From positions 14,632,001 to 14,696,000 of the forward strand of contig OZ024745.1 in the NCBI GenBank assembly GCA_964016885.1: a stretch of DNA of 64,000 nucleotides. The letters run 5' to 3'. Source of the stretch: Eledone cirrhosa. Lineage: Eukaryota. Position numbers and translations under genes: made by a program. Below are positions 13,579 through 25,487 of the stretch, piece after piece. Every line of letters begins with the position of its first letter. Position 1 is the stretch's first letter. The notes under the pieces were generated by a model, which ran no database searches, was not told the DNA's origin, and saw nothing but the letters and a program-made list of their open reading frames with translations.

Positions 13579-14136
13579 AGAATAATGAGCTATAGACGTT
13601 TATCACAAACATCGTATTTAACGAATAAGTTACCCTAATTAATAATGACCTCTAATTTAGGAAAAAAGCCAGTAATATTTTCGAATGATTATTTGATACC
13701 TATTATTGTGTATGGACCCTGGAAAGATGGAAGGAAACATCTTTATTAATTCTACTTTGAAAAATAATTGCACATGAATCTTCAAATTAATTAGAATCAA
13801 CTTAATCACAAACCATATCGCATATCCTGCACTTTAACCATCTGAATCCGGGCCGATTTTGTATCAATTTATCTTTCTTACTTCCATTATCTCATTCTCT
13901 ATCTTTCTCTGGAAAAATTTTACTGTATTCAGACCAGGAGAGGAGATGGGCTCGGCCAGGTTTTAAAATGCCCTAGAAATGCCGCCTGTCAATACGGTAA
14001 CCATACCACTCCTTCTGGTGTTATAGGACTACACACACACATACATACATATATATATACATCCATGATCCAGCATGGCCTCTGCCTGTCGGCTGGAATA
14101 CGTAAAATAGTAATAAGAGTGTGTATATGTATATAT

Positions 14137-14196
<60 letters not shown>

Positions 14197-14415
14197 TAAG
14201 AGTATATATATTATATATATATATATATATGTATATATATAAAATATATAAGAGTATATATATATATTATATATATATATATATATAATGGAAAAATTTG
14301 AACAGGGACAAAACAGAGAGGCAGTACAACGAATGTTTATTAATTTCACGCTCTGGAGAGTGGGGTGTTGGTGGGGGAATATATATAAGAGTGTTTATAT
14401 ATATACATACATACA

Positions 14416-14453
<38 letters not shown>

Positions 14454-14609
14454 TAGATAATTTGTATTCCAATGTTACTAAGTAGTTGCATTGGATGGAG
14501 TCAACTGACGTCAGAGATTACTCAACGTATAATAAAGTGTGTTTTAAAATCCGGAGAAAATATGGAGAAAAAATTTACGAAATGGAAATGCGGGTATATA
14601 GAATTTATT

Positions 14610-14726
14610 AGGTAACAATTGTTTCTATAGTGTATGAGTTACCTATACCTCGCTATTTGAATAATACACAAATATTATCAAAAACCGAAAGTACACTGTA
14701 AGCCAACACACCATGTCATCAGACCT
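14610..14726 (-). ncRNA. Type I hammerhead ribozyme in the PLE pLTR
   Basis: aggt CTGATGA c-atggtgtg..(long loop)..tacactat-a GAAAC aatt GTT acct, then AATAAA. Confidence 0.7.
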
Positions 14727-15136
14727 TTGTATTAGAATGATATGAAAATATTTTATACACTAGATAAAAGATAAAGAAGGAGGTAGGAAGAGAAGGGGAA
14801 GAGGGAAGTGAGTAAGGTGGAGGGAGTCTTAGGGTTTAAGACTGTCAGACTAGTAGAGATTGTGAAGAGAGAATGTTTTGGCAGCAGTTAGCTTAATGAG
14901 GCGTGCTAAGTTTGGCTGGGAAGTAGATACTTCTAGTGGTGTTGTTCGGACAAAATTTAGTTAGAGGGGTCAAAGTGGTACAATGTCACAGACAAGTTAT
15001 TAGGGCTATTATAGTAGCAGGTTATTTCTAAAGGGGTCCAGAAAAACAGTGTTTAGTACTATTATTATAGAAAGTCATATCTAGTGTATAAACATATAAG
15101 ACAGAAATTTGCAAACGTTGGTGTAAAAAGGTAACA

Positions 15137-16159
15137 TTATATGCATTTAAAAAAAGAAAAAGTCGTTTTCAAACGATGGTTACAGTATAGAGAACGTTCA
15201 ATTTTGCTGTTCAAAAGTTTGTTTACCGACGTTAAAATGCAGTATATCTCTAAATTGCATAACTCGCAGAATCGATGATTTTGCTGATATGCAGGCGCAG
15301 CTGCAATAATTTGCCAATCAAGGGAGAACGCTTGATTGTTCCTCCGAAGCTGCCAGGCTTTATCGGCGAGGGTGGTCACGGAGCGCATTTTCTCGTGCCT
15401 GATCGAAGATCGATGTTGGTATAGGCGAGCCTTGAAAGAAGTTGCGGTACATCCGACGTAATACCATTTGTTGGTCCCGGAATTTATTGTACACCGGTAG
15501 ACAATATTGCGTGCTAGGCACTGGTTATTCAGTGGGCACGTACCTGGTTTGGTGCAGTTACAACTATTTTTATGTTTTGCAGTAGAATCCTGGATAGTTT
15601 GGTGGGGTTGCGGTTGCGTGTTAGTGCGTTGCATGTTGCTATGCTGGTGCGCTGAGTCATTAGGGATGTACTTATTCAGTATTGCTGAGTTGAGTTTTCT
15701 AATTAGTTGTTCTATGTTAGGTGCAGTGGAGTATGAGAGTCTAATGGTGCGCGAGTTAAAGATTTTATAGTATTTATGTGAAGTTGTAAAGTGTTTATTG
15801 ATTAGTGTATAGAATTGTGAGATAATCTTAGTGCTAATAGAAGAATTGTACACGGGGTTATACCATATGTACTCTCTACGTCTGACTCTATTTGCTGGTT
15901 TGCACCTGTTAGTATGCCTATTGATGTGTGTGTGTGGTGCAATACTAGTTCGACTTAGATGTGTTTTATTCATAGTACTTATGTGGTTATCGTCTGGATA
16001 TTCAATTTTCTCGCAGTAACCAGCTTTTTTAAGTGCGTCATTATAATATTCAGCATGCTCGTTGAAGGTCTGCAAATTAGACGACAGTCGGGAGATCCTT
16101 ATGAATATATTTTTAGGGATAGATTTAATAATGGAATGAGGATGGTTCGATTTTACATT
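15137..16159 (-). CDS. PLE RT thumb/linker, Cys-rich finger and GIY-YIG endonuclease (5'-truncated; possibly Naiad-type)
   Basis: SNHP..IIKSIP, IWYNP, KIFN..IRLSYS, CNC..CPLNNQC, IVY..YVG.T..FKAR..H, C.LC..E, LLN..E..C.H. The ORF-track start MYELPIP comes from the inverted pLTR. Confidence 0.88.
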   Translation of the reverse strand, partial: NVKSNHPHSIIKSIPKNIFIRISRLSSNLQTFNEHAEYYNDALKKAGYCEKIEYPDDNHISTMNKTHLSRTSIAPHTHINRHTNRCKPANRVRRREYIWYNPVYNSSISTKIISQFYTLINKHFTTSHKYYKIFNSRTIRLSYSTAPNIEQLIRKLNSAILNKYIPNDSAHQHSNMQRTNTQPQPHQTIQDSTAKHKNSCNCTKPGTCPLNNQCLARNIVYRCTINSGTNKWYYVGCTATSFKARLYQHRSSIRHEKMRSVTTLADKAWQLRRNNQAFSLDWQIIAAAPAYQQNHRFCELCNLEIYCILTSVNKLLNSKIERSLYCNHRLKTTFSFFKCI

Positions 16160-16258
16160 AGGTATAGGTAACTCATACACTATAGAAACAATTGTTACCT
16201 AATAAATTCTATATACCCGCATTTCCATTTCGTAAATTTTTTCTCCATATATATATAT

Positions 16259-16423
16259 AGAGGTAAAACCTGGAAGGTAATATCCGTAGTGGTAGAGCAC
16301 TCAGTCCATTAGACGAATTAGGTAGAAGTAGTAACACAACAGTTAGTTCACCATACCGAGAACAATAATTGTTTCACCTTAGCGGATCTTGAGCTCGTAC
16401 TGGTCATGGTTATACGGAACAGC

Positions 16424-16425
<2 letters not shown>
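16259..16425 (-). mobile_element. pLTR-like fragment (hammerhead 3' half) between (TA)n tracts
   Basis: Minus strand GAAAC aattatt GTT and a tgagtgctct tail motif. Confidence 0.45.
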
Positions 16426-16510
<85 letters not shown>

Positions 16511-16514
<4 letters not shown>

Positions 16515-16727
16515 CGAAGGAAGTGTGGTAAGGAACCAGATGGACCATAACGCACCAGAGTACTCAATACTTAGGGTAGTAGAGTGGGTAATAGGAAAAT
16601 GTTTAACCCCTTTTGACAACTACAATCTTCCCATATAAGGAATTACCCCTTGAAAAGTTCGGCTATTTATTTATCACGCTAAAAATTCTAATTTAGTCCA
16701 GAAAAGCCGTCGGGGTTAAACATTTTC

Positions 16728-16732
<5 letters not shown>
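16511..16732. mobile_element. pLTR family B fragment with inverted ends, in (TA)n
   Basis: aggaaaatgtttaacccc ... ggggttaaacattttcct inverted pair. The tail is shared with 7937-8128. Confidence 0.6.
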
Positions 16733-16774
<42 letters not shown>

Positions 16775-16776
<2 letters not shown>

Positions 16777-17650
16777 TTTCTTTGGTTTTGTTCCATATGA
16801 TGGACATTATGACTGTGTACCAGATTGACTACTGCCTCGAATACTGTAGTTTACCCTCCGTTCTACTGTACGGCACTATCGTTCAATATTTGGATAGTGT
16901 AACTGTGACATTGGAACCCCTCTCAGAACTTCTTACTTAAACATCTCTCTCCATATTATTTACTCACTTCAGTCTATATGTTATTTTCTCACCTCAATCC
17001 GGATTCTCACTTGAAAAATTTTTTAATATCTAATTGTTAATTTTTTAATTGTTTAATTTATAATTTTTTAAATTGTTTAATTTATAATTTTTGATTTAGG
17101 ATTTTAATTTTTATTTCCAACTCTCACTCATAAGTTCCAATGTAAAACCATGATACCTAGAATTAAGTATATTTTCTCGTTGGAGTTGATGGTCAGTCGT
17201 ACTGTCCATGCTTAGTGAGAGGTAATATTGTGAACTGTAAAAACTAACACTCTCCCATCCCCTCTGGCTTTCGGCTGACTGCCACAGTCGGGATGGGTAG
17301 CAGTAAATTATGGTACAGGCCTAGGTGGGCCATTGTTTAGCTGAGAGGGTGAACTGACTAAGCGAATTTCGTTGATATTTGCGGTAGCTAATGGTCAACA
17401 TCCTTCGGACATGCGCCTGCGCAGACCGGTGGGGGTGAATTGGTACTCACAGGGGAACGGATGAAGAACCCAAAAGCACACACTTCGTCCGTTCCCTCAG
17501 AAACATAACCTTATTATGTAACAAGCTGTCTGATGATGTCACGACACTCCCACACATAACAGTGTGGCCAATGTTGTCATTGAAATATATATCACAGCAT
17601 TATTATTAAAGGACTTGAACATCTGAAACTACTTCGCTTTTACTTATTCG
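16775..17650 (+). mobile_element. Probable PLE 3' UTR/pLTR insert between (TA)n tracts
   Basis: Bounded by (TA)n on both sides and ends shortly after a canonical hammerhead. Confidence 0.5.
17525..17598 (+). ncRNA. Type I hammerhead ribozyme
   Basis: gctgt CTGATGA tgtcacgaca..tgttgtcatt GAAA tatata TC acagc, with a perfect 5-bp stem I. Confidence 0.8.
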
Positions 17651-17832
17651 ATATATATATATGGTATATAGTGAGTCCATCATCTGCTCTTGGATTCGTT
17701 TCTATTCCTTATCGTATACAGTAAATATGGAAACCAAGGAGATCTGACATTTCAACACTATTGTAACTAGTAAAAGATACATTAAAAAACTTATTTCTAT
17801 GTTTCCTGACTAGAAGAAATTATTTTAATAAC

Positions 17833-18025
17833 GAGCGGTGGATTGGCAGTATCGGTAGAGGGTCGGACACTATGCTTTGACGCACAGAGTTACGCCCCTT
17901 GTCATTCTGAGTTCAAATCGCGCCAAGGTTAACTTTGCCTTTCATCCTTACGGGGTCGATAAAATAAAGTACCAGTAATGTACTGGATAATTGCTGGCCT
18001 TGTGCCAATAGTAGAAACAATTATT
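17833..18025 (+). mobile_element. tRNA-derived SINE (Meta-like family)
   Basis: Box A/B, core and tail as in the other copies. Confidence 0.88.
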
Positions 18026-18544
18026 TTAAAACTATGAATATACGGCTATGATGGTATATAGTTTATATAGAACTTGTATATTTAATTACAGTTACCTGGG
18101 CTCAGTTACATGCAATTTGAGAAAGCCTGTGTTACTAAATGATAACGAGTGCTATCTTATTTCCATTTAGCTTGATTATATATACCAAAACTAAATGTTA
18201 AATAAAGCTATTTAACATACAGATTGTACGTACAAGTCGGTTTGAGTTGCTGAACTATTTTCGCATGGAAATTCCAATGTAAAATTCAATAATCTAAACG
18301 TTATCTTGAAACGTTATCTTGAATTTAACTTCAATGTCTTTCTTATCATCATTATCACTCGTATTAAAGAATCATATAGAATGATAGAATGTGGGAAATT
18401 GGAGGAGTGTTGCAGAAAACTTCAGCTTAATTCATATATATATTTGTGTGTGTGCGAGTGTGTGCACATGTTTGTGTGTTGCTACAGACGTTTGATTCAC
18501 ACATCCTTTCGTTTCCAAATATTTCCATCAGCATAGATTGCTTA

Positions 18545-18744
18545 CGAGGGTCGGCTGAAAGGTTCATAGGCTGACTATGAAGGAATGATACTAGTGCTGG
18601 GAAATCTTGCATAGATTAATTTAAACTCTTTTTATTAATAACTGCATTGTTTCCTTCCAGAGACTATGTTAGAAAATAAACCTCATTTGGTTATTCCATG
18701 AGAGTATCTTAGTATGCTTATGAACTTGTCAGCCGACCGTGATA
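18545..18744. mobile_element. mariner-type MITE
   Basis: ta|cgagggtcggctgaaaggttcata ... tatgaacttgtcagccgacc: imperfect TIRs with TA flanks. Confidence 0.7.
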
Positions 18745-19767
18745 CGGCATATATCAGCCATCGGTTTGGTAATAAGGCATTCTATAAGTGAATATAAAAT
18801 CTCGTGGAACATAAGAAACAAACTTCGCTTTGTCATATATTAAAAAGATAAATATAAGCTCAAATGTACAAAACACAACCTACACAGTTTTTAAGTCTTA
18901 CAACATACAATGGAAAATTAACTTTAAAAGTAATAATTATATAATGATGATAGTTTCTCAATAATTTATGTTGTATGTTGCTGCTAAATCTGTTGTGTAA
19001 AGTCTAATAATGTTCAATTAAAAAAGAAAGAAGTGATTTATTATAAGTTAAAGTCTAATTTAGATCAAGTAATATAGATACTAAACTACTTGTATACATA
19101 TTTTAGTTTGTGTTTTTGATTAAACATTTATTCACTCCGTAACCTTTACTTGGAAAATTTTACGTATTTTGTGAAGACCAATAGTGCTGATTATTTGATT
19201 AAATTACATAGCTTTCCTTTCTGAAAATATATTATATATTCGTGTTACGACAGTTAACATTAGGAAAACTATTGAACATTTGTTGATTTTATAATTATGG
19301 AAAAGACATTAATACTTTGCATAAAACAAATCGGTTTCTTTGAAGAGAATGAATATTAAATGAAAACTGTAGTAAATGTGACATTCAAACTTTCATGAAC
19401 AATATAATTTAAAGTAACTGAAAACAATGAAAATAGTATAATAAATGTCTTAGGTAAAATTATCTTGTCAAGAAACAAAATATTTTAGATATTTTATTTG
19501 GATTGCAAAAGAAGACATTTTTCTGAATATAATGAATATTTCTTGTATTCATGAAATAAAACCCGTCTTTTACTCGATCTAACGCCCCTTTACGTTTCTT
19601 CTCCCCACAACCGTTTCTTTCCTCGTGTCTGTAATATTAACTTTCTCGCTCTTTTCTGCTACTTTCTTCCCCATACCTTGATTAATGGACTCAATGATGC
19701 AGCTTCATAAATATGGGAAATGTTAAAAAGAGGGGACCATATATATATATATATATATATATATATC

Positions 19768-20020
19768 CAGGGAGTGTAACTTGGAATTACTGTAGGTTCC
19801 ACGGGTGGGCACTCGATGTTTTGGTTTACTTCAGTGTCGTGGTGTAGAGCTAGACAGAGTGTATTCATTACCATTACAAGGGGTCTGATGAGCTGCGGAT
19901 TACACAGTCGGGTCAGATCGATACAGATCGAACCTTGAGCTGACAGTGGCGAAACGCACGTCACCAACCAATAAACGTAAGGAAGGAGTAACAAATCTTC
20001 CTTGTTATTTTATTTCACTA
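19768..20020 (+). mobile_element. pLTR family C insert with an inverted tail, in (TA)n
   Basis: 19768-19880 is the inverted 3' tail (compare 23593-23690). The forward part carries a hammerhead. Confidence 0.7.
19882..19965 (+). ncRNA. Minimal type I hammerhead ribozyme
   Basis: ggt CTGATGA gctgc..gtggc GAAAC gcac GTC acc, then AATAAA. Confidence 0.78.
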
Positions 20021-20199
20021 TATATATATATATATATATTTATATTTGAAAAAAATGAAAAGAATGACTTCACTTGTAGTGTTAAAAAAATGTTGATTTT
20101 ATGTTATAATATTATAATATTATGAGTTGGTATAATATTATGAGTATATATATTGAAGGGAGTTGAACAATTATAGCTGCACTTATCTACCAAACTGTG

Positions 20200-20600
20200 A
20201 ACAAGAACAAGGTAGTACTAACATCAAATGTTGTGTTATATGGTCTTGACTGCGTTAATTGGACGACAAGGTCACTTCAGAAGCTCTCTACATTCCAGAA
20301 CCACATCATGAGACTTATGACTGGCAAGTGGCTCAGTGACCGTATCTGTATCAGTGAGCTGCTCAACATTACCAGACTTAGACCAATTACATCTATTGTC
20401 AAGTCAAGAGTACTCAAACTATAAGTCATATAAAAAGATCAACTCGTGACGTGAGTAGGTTATGCCTGGAAGAAAGTTGGCTGGTAAAACCTATGGACTG
20501 TACTTGAACTTTGCTCTTTGAACTCTGCTTTTGGTGATCGAACTTTGTGGAGAAAGTTATCTCATGTTGATGCGCTCTCCAACTGGCAGAGTTTAGCGTC
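20200..20600 (+). mobile_element. RTE-like LINE C-terminal fragment
   Basis: VVLYGLDCVNW...KLSTFQNHIMR...R....EL...I..IVKSR.L then (G)HIKR, a typical post-RT region. Confidence 0.65.
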
Positions 20601-20650
20601 AAAGTAGTATATATATATATAAACATTAGAATTGGTGCTCTGAAATAGCT

Positions 20651-20990
20651 ATATATATGAATGTATATACAGTGTATTTTGCAATACACTGTATGCTTAA
20701 TTAAAAGCATTTCGAAGACCTTACGCTATTGTTTTAGAGTAGTGACAATCTCACCTACTTTAAATTTTCAGCAAACAGGGGAGATAAAGCTGACAGAGCT
20801 CTGTTTCGTACTGATTGGTACTTATCAAAGCCAAGTACTACACCTGTTTGCTGAAAATCATGAATGATTGATTCTTATAGAATTCTAGTAATAATCACTA
20901 CTCTAAAACAATAGCGTAAGGTCTTCGAAATGCTTTTAATTAAGCATAGAGTGTATTGCAAAATACACTATATATACATTCATATATATA
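20651..20990 (-). mobile_element. Non-coding hammerhead element with about 95-bp terminal inverted arms, in (TA)n
   Basis: 20651-20745 pairs with 20895-20990. An inner 16-bp stem attttcagcaaacagg/cctgtttgctgaaaat encloses the hammerhead. Confidence 0.75.
20788..20832 (-). ncRNA. Type I hammerhead with U3-A8 compensatory core
   Basis: ggct TTGATAA gtac-caatca-gtac GAAAC agagctct GTC agct. Confidence 0.75.
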
Positions 20991-21000
20991 TATATGTACA

Positions 21001-21076
21001 TAACGACGAGGGTGTGGCACACGTTCGGATCTAGCTGTCGAAACGGCCGGAGCTCAGCCGTCGAGGACCTGACACT

Positions 21077-21082
<6 letters not shown>
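21001..21082 (+). mobile_element. pLTR family B-related fragment
   Basis: GAAAC ggc-cggagctca-gcc GTC gaggacctgacacttttc. Confidence 0.5.
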
Positions 21083-21121
<39 letters not shown>

Positions 21122-21126
<5 letters not shown>

Positions 21127-21381
21127 ATAATAATAAATGTGAAGACTAAAATCTAAAGAGGTCTTTGTCTTTGCGTGTAATTGTTCTCATCGCTCCACAT
21201 AATGACGTTTTATCTTTGCTTTTTTCCGTTCATTGCCAGGAAACGTCTTTACTAACCAGAGTATCGTCTGCAAACGTTTTTAGAAATATTTACTTCTGCG
21301 TTCACAGATTGATTTTTTAGTTTCAGAAGATCCAGTTAAGAGTGAAAGCAGCGATTCTTTGCTTAAAAGTTAATCTGTTAA

Positions 21382-21386
<5 letters not shown>
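21122..21386 (+). mobile_element. pLTR family A insert with inverted tail and CAGAAGA hammerhead-like motif (about 21319-21368)
   Basis: Homologous to 44790-45045. It begins with the reverse complement of the family A 3' tail and is flanked by (TA)n. Confidence 0.7.
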
Positions 21387-21462
<76 letters not shown>

Positions 21463-21556
21463 TATATAAGTTAAAACAATTAAATAAAAAATCAAGTCAT
21501 TAGAGGATTGTTCCTGTCAGCATGACTTGTCACGCTAATTAGAACACTGGATTAAC

Positions 21557-21623
<67 letters not shown>

Positions 21624-21635
21624 TTTTGAGTATAT

Positions 21636-21827
21636 GTTGGTTGTATACCAACACCTAGTCTGCAGGCTGGAGCACTCGACGAAGTGCGCAGGTTGGTTTG
21701 GTTACTCCGGAGTAATGTAAAATAAAGTTAAATAAAAAGTTAAATGTTTAAAATTTAAAATTTAGCTTCGTTTATTACTGCTATATATATTTCAGTGACA
21801 GCCATCTTTGGCTGTGACCTCTTCAGT
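21636..21827 (-). mobile_element. pLTR family D fragment with a hammerhead lacking the 5' strand of stem I (21777-21826)
   Basis: CTGAAGA ggtcacagcca-aaga-tggctgtcact GAAA tatata TA gcagt aataaa, related to 46342-46399. Confidence 0.65.
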
Positions 21828-21899
<72 letters not shown>

Positions 21900-21992
21900 G
21901 TTCTACTACTACTACTATTGCATCTGCTGCTGCTGTTACTACAACTACTACTAGAACTACTACTACTACTAGAGAGAGGCAGAGAGAAAGAA

Positions 21993-22026
<34 letters not shown>

Positions 22027-22047
22027 GGAGAAAGAGAGAGAGAGCGT

Positions 22048-22119
<72 letters not shown>

Positions 22120-22150
22120 CAGATAGATAGATAGAGAAAGAGAGAGAGAG
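21828..22150. repeat. (CTA)n followed by (GA)n microsatellite
   Basis: Direct reading. Confidence 0.95.
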
Positions 22151-23592
22151 AAAGCTGCCAACCGAGAAATGATAATTTACATTTTGTTGTCATCCAATAA
22201 TGTGAACTCAAGGTTTCAATTCAATAATATTTTAAACTCTATTAGTCCCATCAAAGAGAATCCATTGTTTAATATTTAAGTAATTAGTGCTTTATGTTTC
22301 GACAATATAATATATGTAAGAAAAGTATTTTTTCCCCACGGCTTAACTAACTATATTATTACAGCCTGATTTCCTTATATATGTTTCGAAGGGAATCACA
22401 CAATATGACATTATCGTTTCTGAAGCGCAATATATTCATGAACTTCAGATGTGCTATATTCAAAATGTATTCAAATTGTTGACGCTTTGAAAACGTTGAA
22501 CATTATAACAGTCTGTGCATAAAATATTGTAGTTTAATATTAGCTTCTATTTTCACAATGAAATTAGATTTAATAGCCCCAAACATAATATTTTCCTGGA
22601 TACGCTTATCGTTTTATGTTCGCTGGTCTAGGAATTTAACTGCACTCTTTGTTGCCCTAACTAAAAAAACAGAGAATTGCGATTTTCACTGATATTTTAA
22701 CACAAAACGTTAATGTTCTATCCAAACGTTCATGTTAAAACATACACATACACACACGCACGCATAGATATACATATGCAAGTAATAAATGGAGCTGATA
22801 CTATACAGAATTCTCAGAATTTGAAAGGAAATAATACCGTTTTTAGTGAATTTGAATATATTTCTCCAATAAATGTAAATAGATATCCGTCATTTTCGAC
22901 GATGTAAATTCTATATATTTGATCGACTGAACTACCTTTTCATTCATAAGACTGTTGGAGCACTGCCTACAAACACTATCGTTCTCAAGAACAGCGGTTC
23001 AAAGTCTCGGGATTCCCAGACACTTGAAGGTCCGGAAAGGTAGAACTATGGATCTGATTTAGGCTCAAAATCTCTAATCATTTTATAAATCAAACATACA
23101 TCAAACACATTTGAGATATATAGATCTTTAGACATCAACAATAAAAGAAATCAATATTATATCAAATGCATGTATTTTATTCCCAGCATCAAATTAAATA
23201 ACAAACTTTTTTTTCAAAGGTATCATCATTGACATAAGGATCTTCCAGTTGGCAGTTTCACGTATATTACTGGATATTAGAATTAAATATATTCGTGTGA
23301 AACTATACACACACGCAATATTTTCGTGGGAAACTACACATACATGCATCTTATCCAACACACATATGCATATATTCATACGTACGTACAAAAATAATGG
23401 TTCTTCACTCGTGTCCGAGAAAAACTATCACTGAATATTATGAAGAATCGTGTTGTCGACAGTGGCTGTTTGCACCTGCCGGCCGCCATCAATAAAGGTG
23501 CATTTGTACAGAAAAGTATGTAGAAGTGGACTATGATGTATGGCAATATGATATTTTAATCTACATACATACCAACACACAGATATATATAT

Positions 23593-23792
23593 AGGGAATG
23601 TAACTGTAGGTTCACCCGAGTGAGCACTCGATGCGTAGTTTCCAGTCGGTAAAGATGTGAAGAACTAAACAGAGTGTAAATACAATAATAAAAGGATGAT
23701 TTGTTATGTCTTCATTACGTTTATTGAGTAGTGACACGCGTTTCGCTATTGATCAGCTCAAGGTTCAATCTGTATCGATTTGGCTCGACTCT
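23593..23792 (-). mobile_element. pLTR family C fragment (hammerhead 3' half GAAAC gcgt GTC)
   Basis: Homologous to 19905-20015 plus the tail at 19768-19880. Confidence 0.7.
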
Positions 23793-25487
23793 GGAATAAA
23801 AAGCTTGTCGGGCCTCTGCTGGATGAAAAGCAAAGTTGATCTCGGCGGGGTTTGAAATCAGAAAGTAGAAAACCGAAGCGAATACTGCAAAACATGTTAT
23901 CCGAATTTCTAACGACTCTGGCCAGATATAGGTTTAGATTTGTACCTGTGATACTTGGGAAACTTAGATATGTTACTAAGTGCCTCAACACAAATCATAA
24001 TAAAATGGTCTCAATGAAGCCAAAATGAGTACGGTTGATCAGAAGATTACAAGTACAAGCAGTGAAAAATTCCAGAATTCCATATGTATTAACTGTTTAT
24101 TCCCATGTGTAGATTTGAAACATATATATGTGTGCAAATATATAATTGAAAACACACAGATCCTCACAAGCAATGGCATCCATACATGTGCAGATACATA
24201 CATTCCAGTGAAACAACTTTGTTTCTCAGATACATGCATTCATACACACAAACATGCATTCACACATACATTTATACATACACACACATACATACTTATA
24301 TACGTACATAATATTTACATACTTGCATACATGCATTCATACATACATATATACACACATACAAACTTATATACATATATACTTACATAAATTCATATAC
24401 ACATACATATATACATACATATATATACATACATACATACATACAAACAAACATGCATGCATACATATATGATGGCTGCCCCCACGTTACCGAGTATGAC
24501 CATTGCATGATATACCATTATTAATAATTATTAACTAATTCTATCATGCAATACCTGTGCGTGAAGATATTTTTTAAAGTGAGGAAAGACTGTGCACTGA
24601 GCCAATCCCACTCTCTGAGCGACAGTAGCTATAACCTGAAAAGAAGAAAAGATCAGCATCATCGGTAACTACTGAGCCGCAGGTTTTATATCGGAGTTAT
24701 CCCAGTTTCCTGAGTTGCCTTCTCCTAGAAGAATACCCTGCTAAAGGCTAGGGGTCCTAGTGCTTTAACCGCGCGATCGGGTGTCCAGCCCGACTATTTC
24801 TATGTCTCCGCGCATATACATACACATGCACCCATATATACACATATACATACATATGTACATGTGTATATACATATTTACCCACTTTACGATGGCCGTT
24901 GACTCTTATGAGTTCTTCCGCCCTTTGTCAGGTTTTGTTTTTTGTCCTGCAGAGTGTCCAAAATCACCCTCCTCACCAAATAAACTTGATGGGGTTGCCG
25001 GTTTAGTCGCCGACGACGCGACCATGCGACAGGTTGTACTGGGTTACATATTACCAGTAGCACTCAAGAGTGACCCGACATATACATATATACATACATT
25101 CATACAAACATACATACAACATACCTCCATACATATATACATACATACGAAAGAACACAACTAGTTAGAAAATTACAAGTACAATCCATTAATGGAACAG
25201 TAAAACTATGCAAAACATTCGAAAACTTTTGCATCTAATAACTGCATATACACATGTACAGATACAACTCAAAACATACACATACACACATACAATAACA
25301 TCCATACCTACCCATGCAGACATGCAGACATATCTACCTAGTTGATGTGTAAATTCCAATGAGAGAGTTTTGTAACTATGTTAGAAACCGACCCTCTCTC
25401 TATTGGCAAACAATTGCGAAATTATGAATCCAGAATAACATACATACATACATACATACATACATACATACATACATACATACATAC

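Larger units (their letters stand above)
14449..16250 (-). mobile_element. 5'-truncated Penelope-like element with an inverted pseudo-LTR segment, inserted in (TA)n
   Basis: GIY-YIG ORF, 3' UTR and a hammerhead-bearing pLTR. 16160-16250 is the reverse complement of 14560-14650. Confidence 0.88.

Noticed and set aside
16160-16180. Start MYELPIP of the 347-aa ORF
   Set aside because: It derives from the inverted pLTR copy, so the true ORF is 5'-truncated.
24470-25080. GC-richer blocks resembling RTE 5' regions
   Set aside because: The resemblance is from memory only, with no second copy or ORF in the window.
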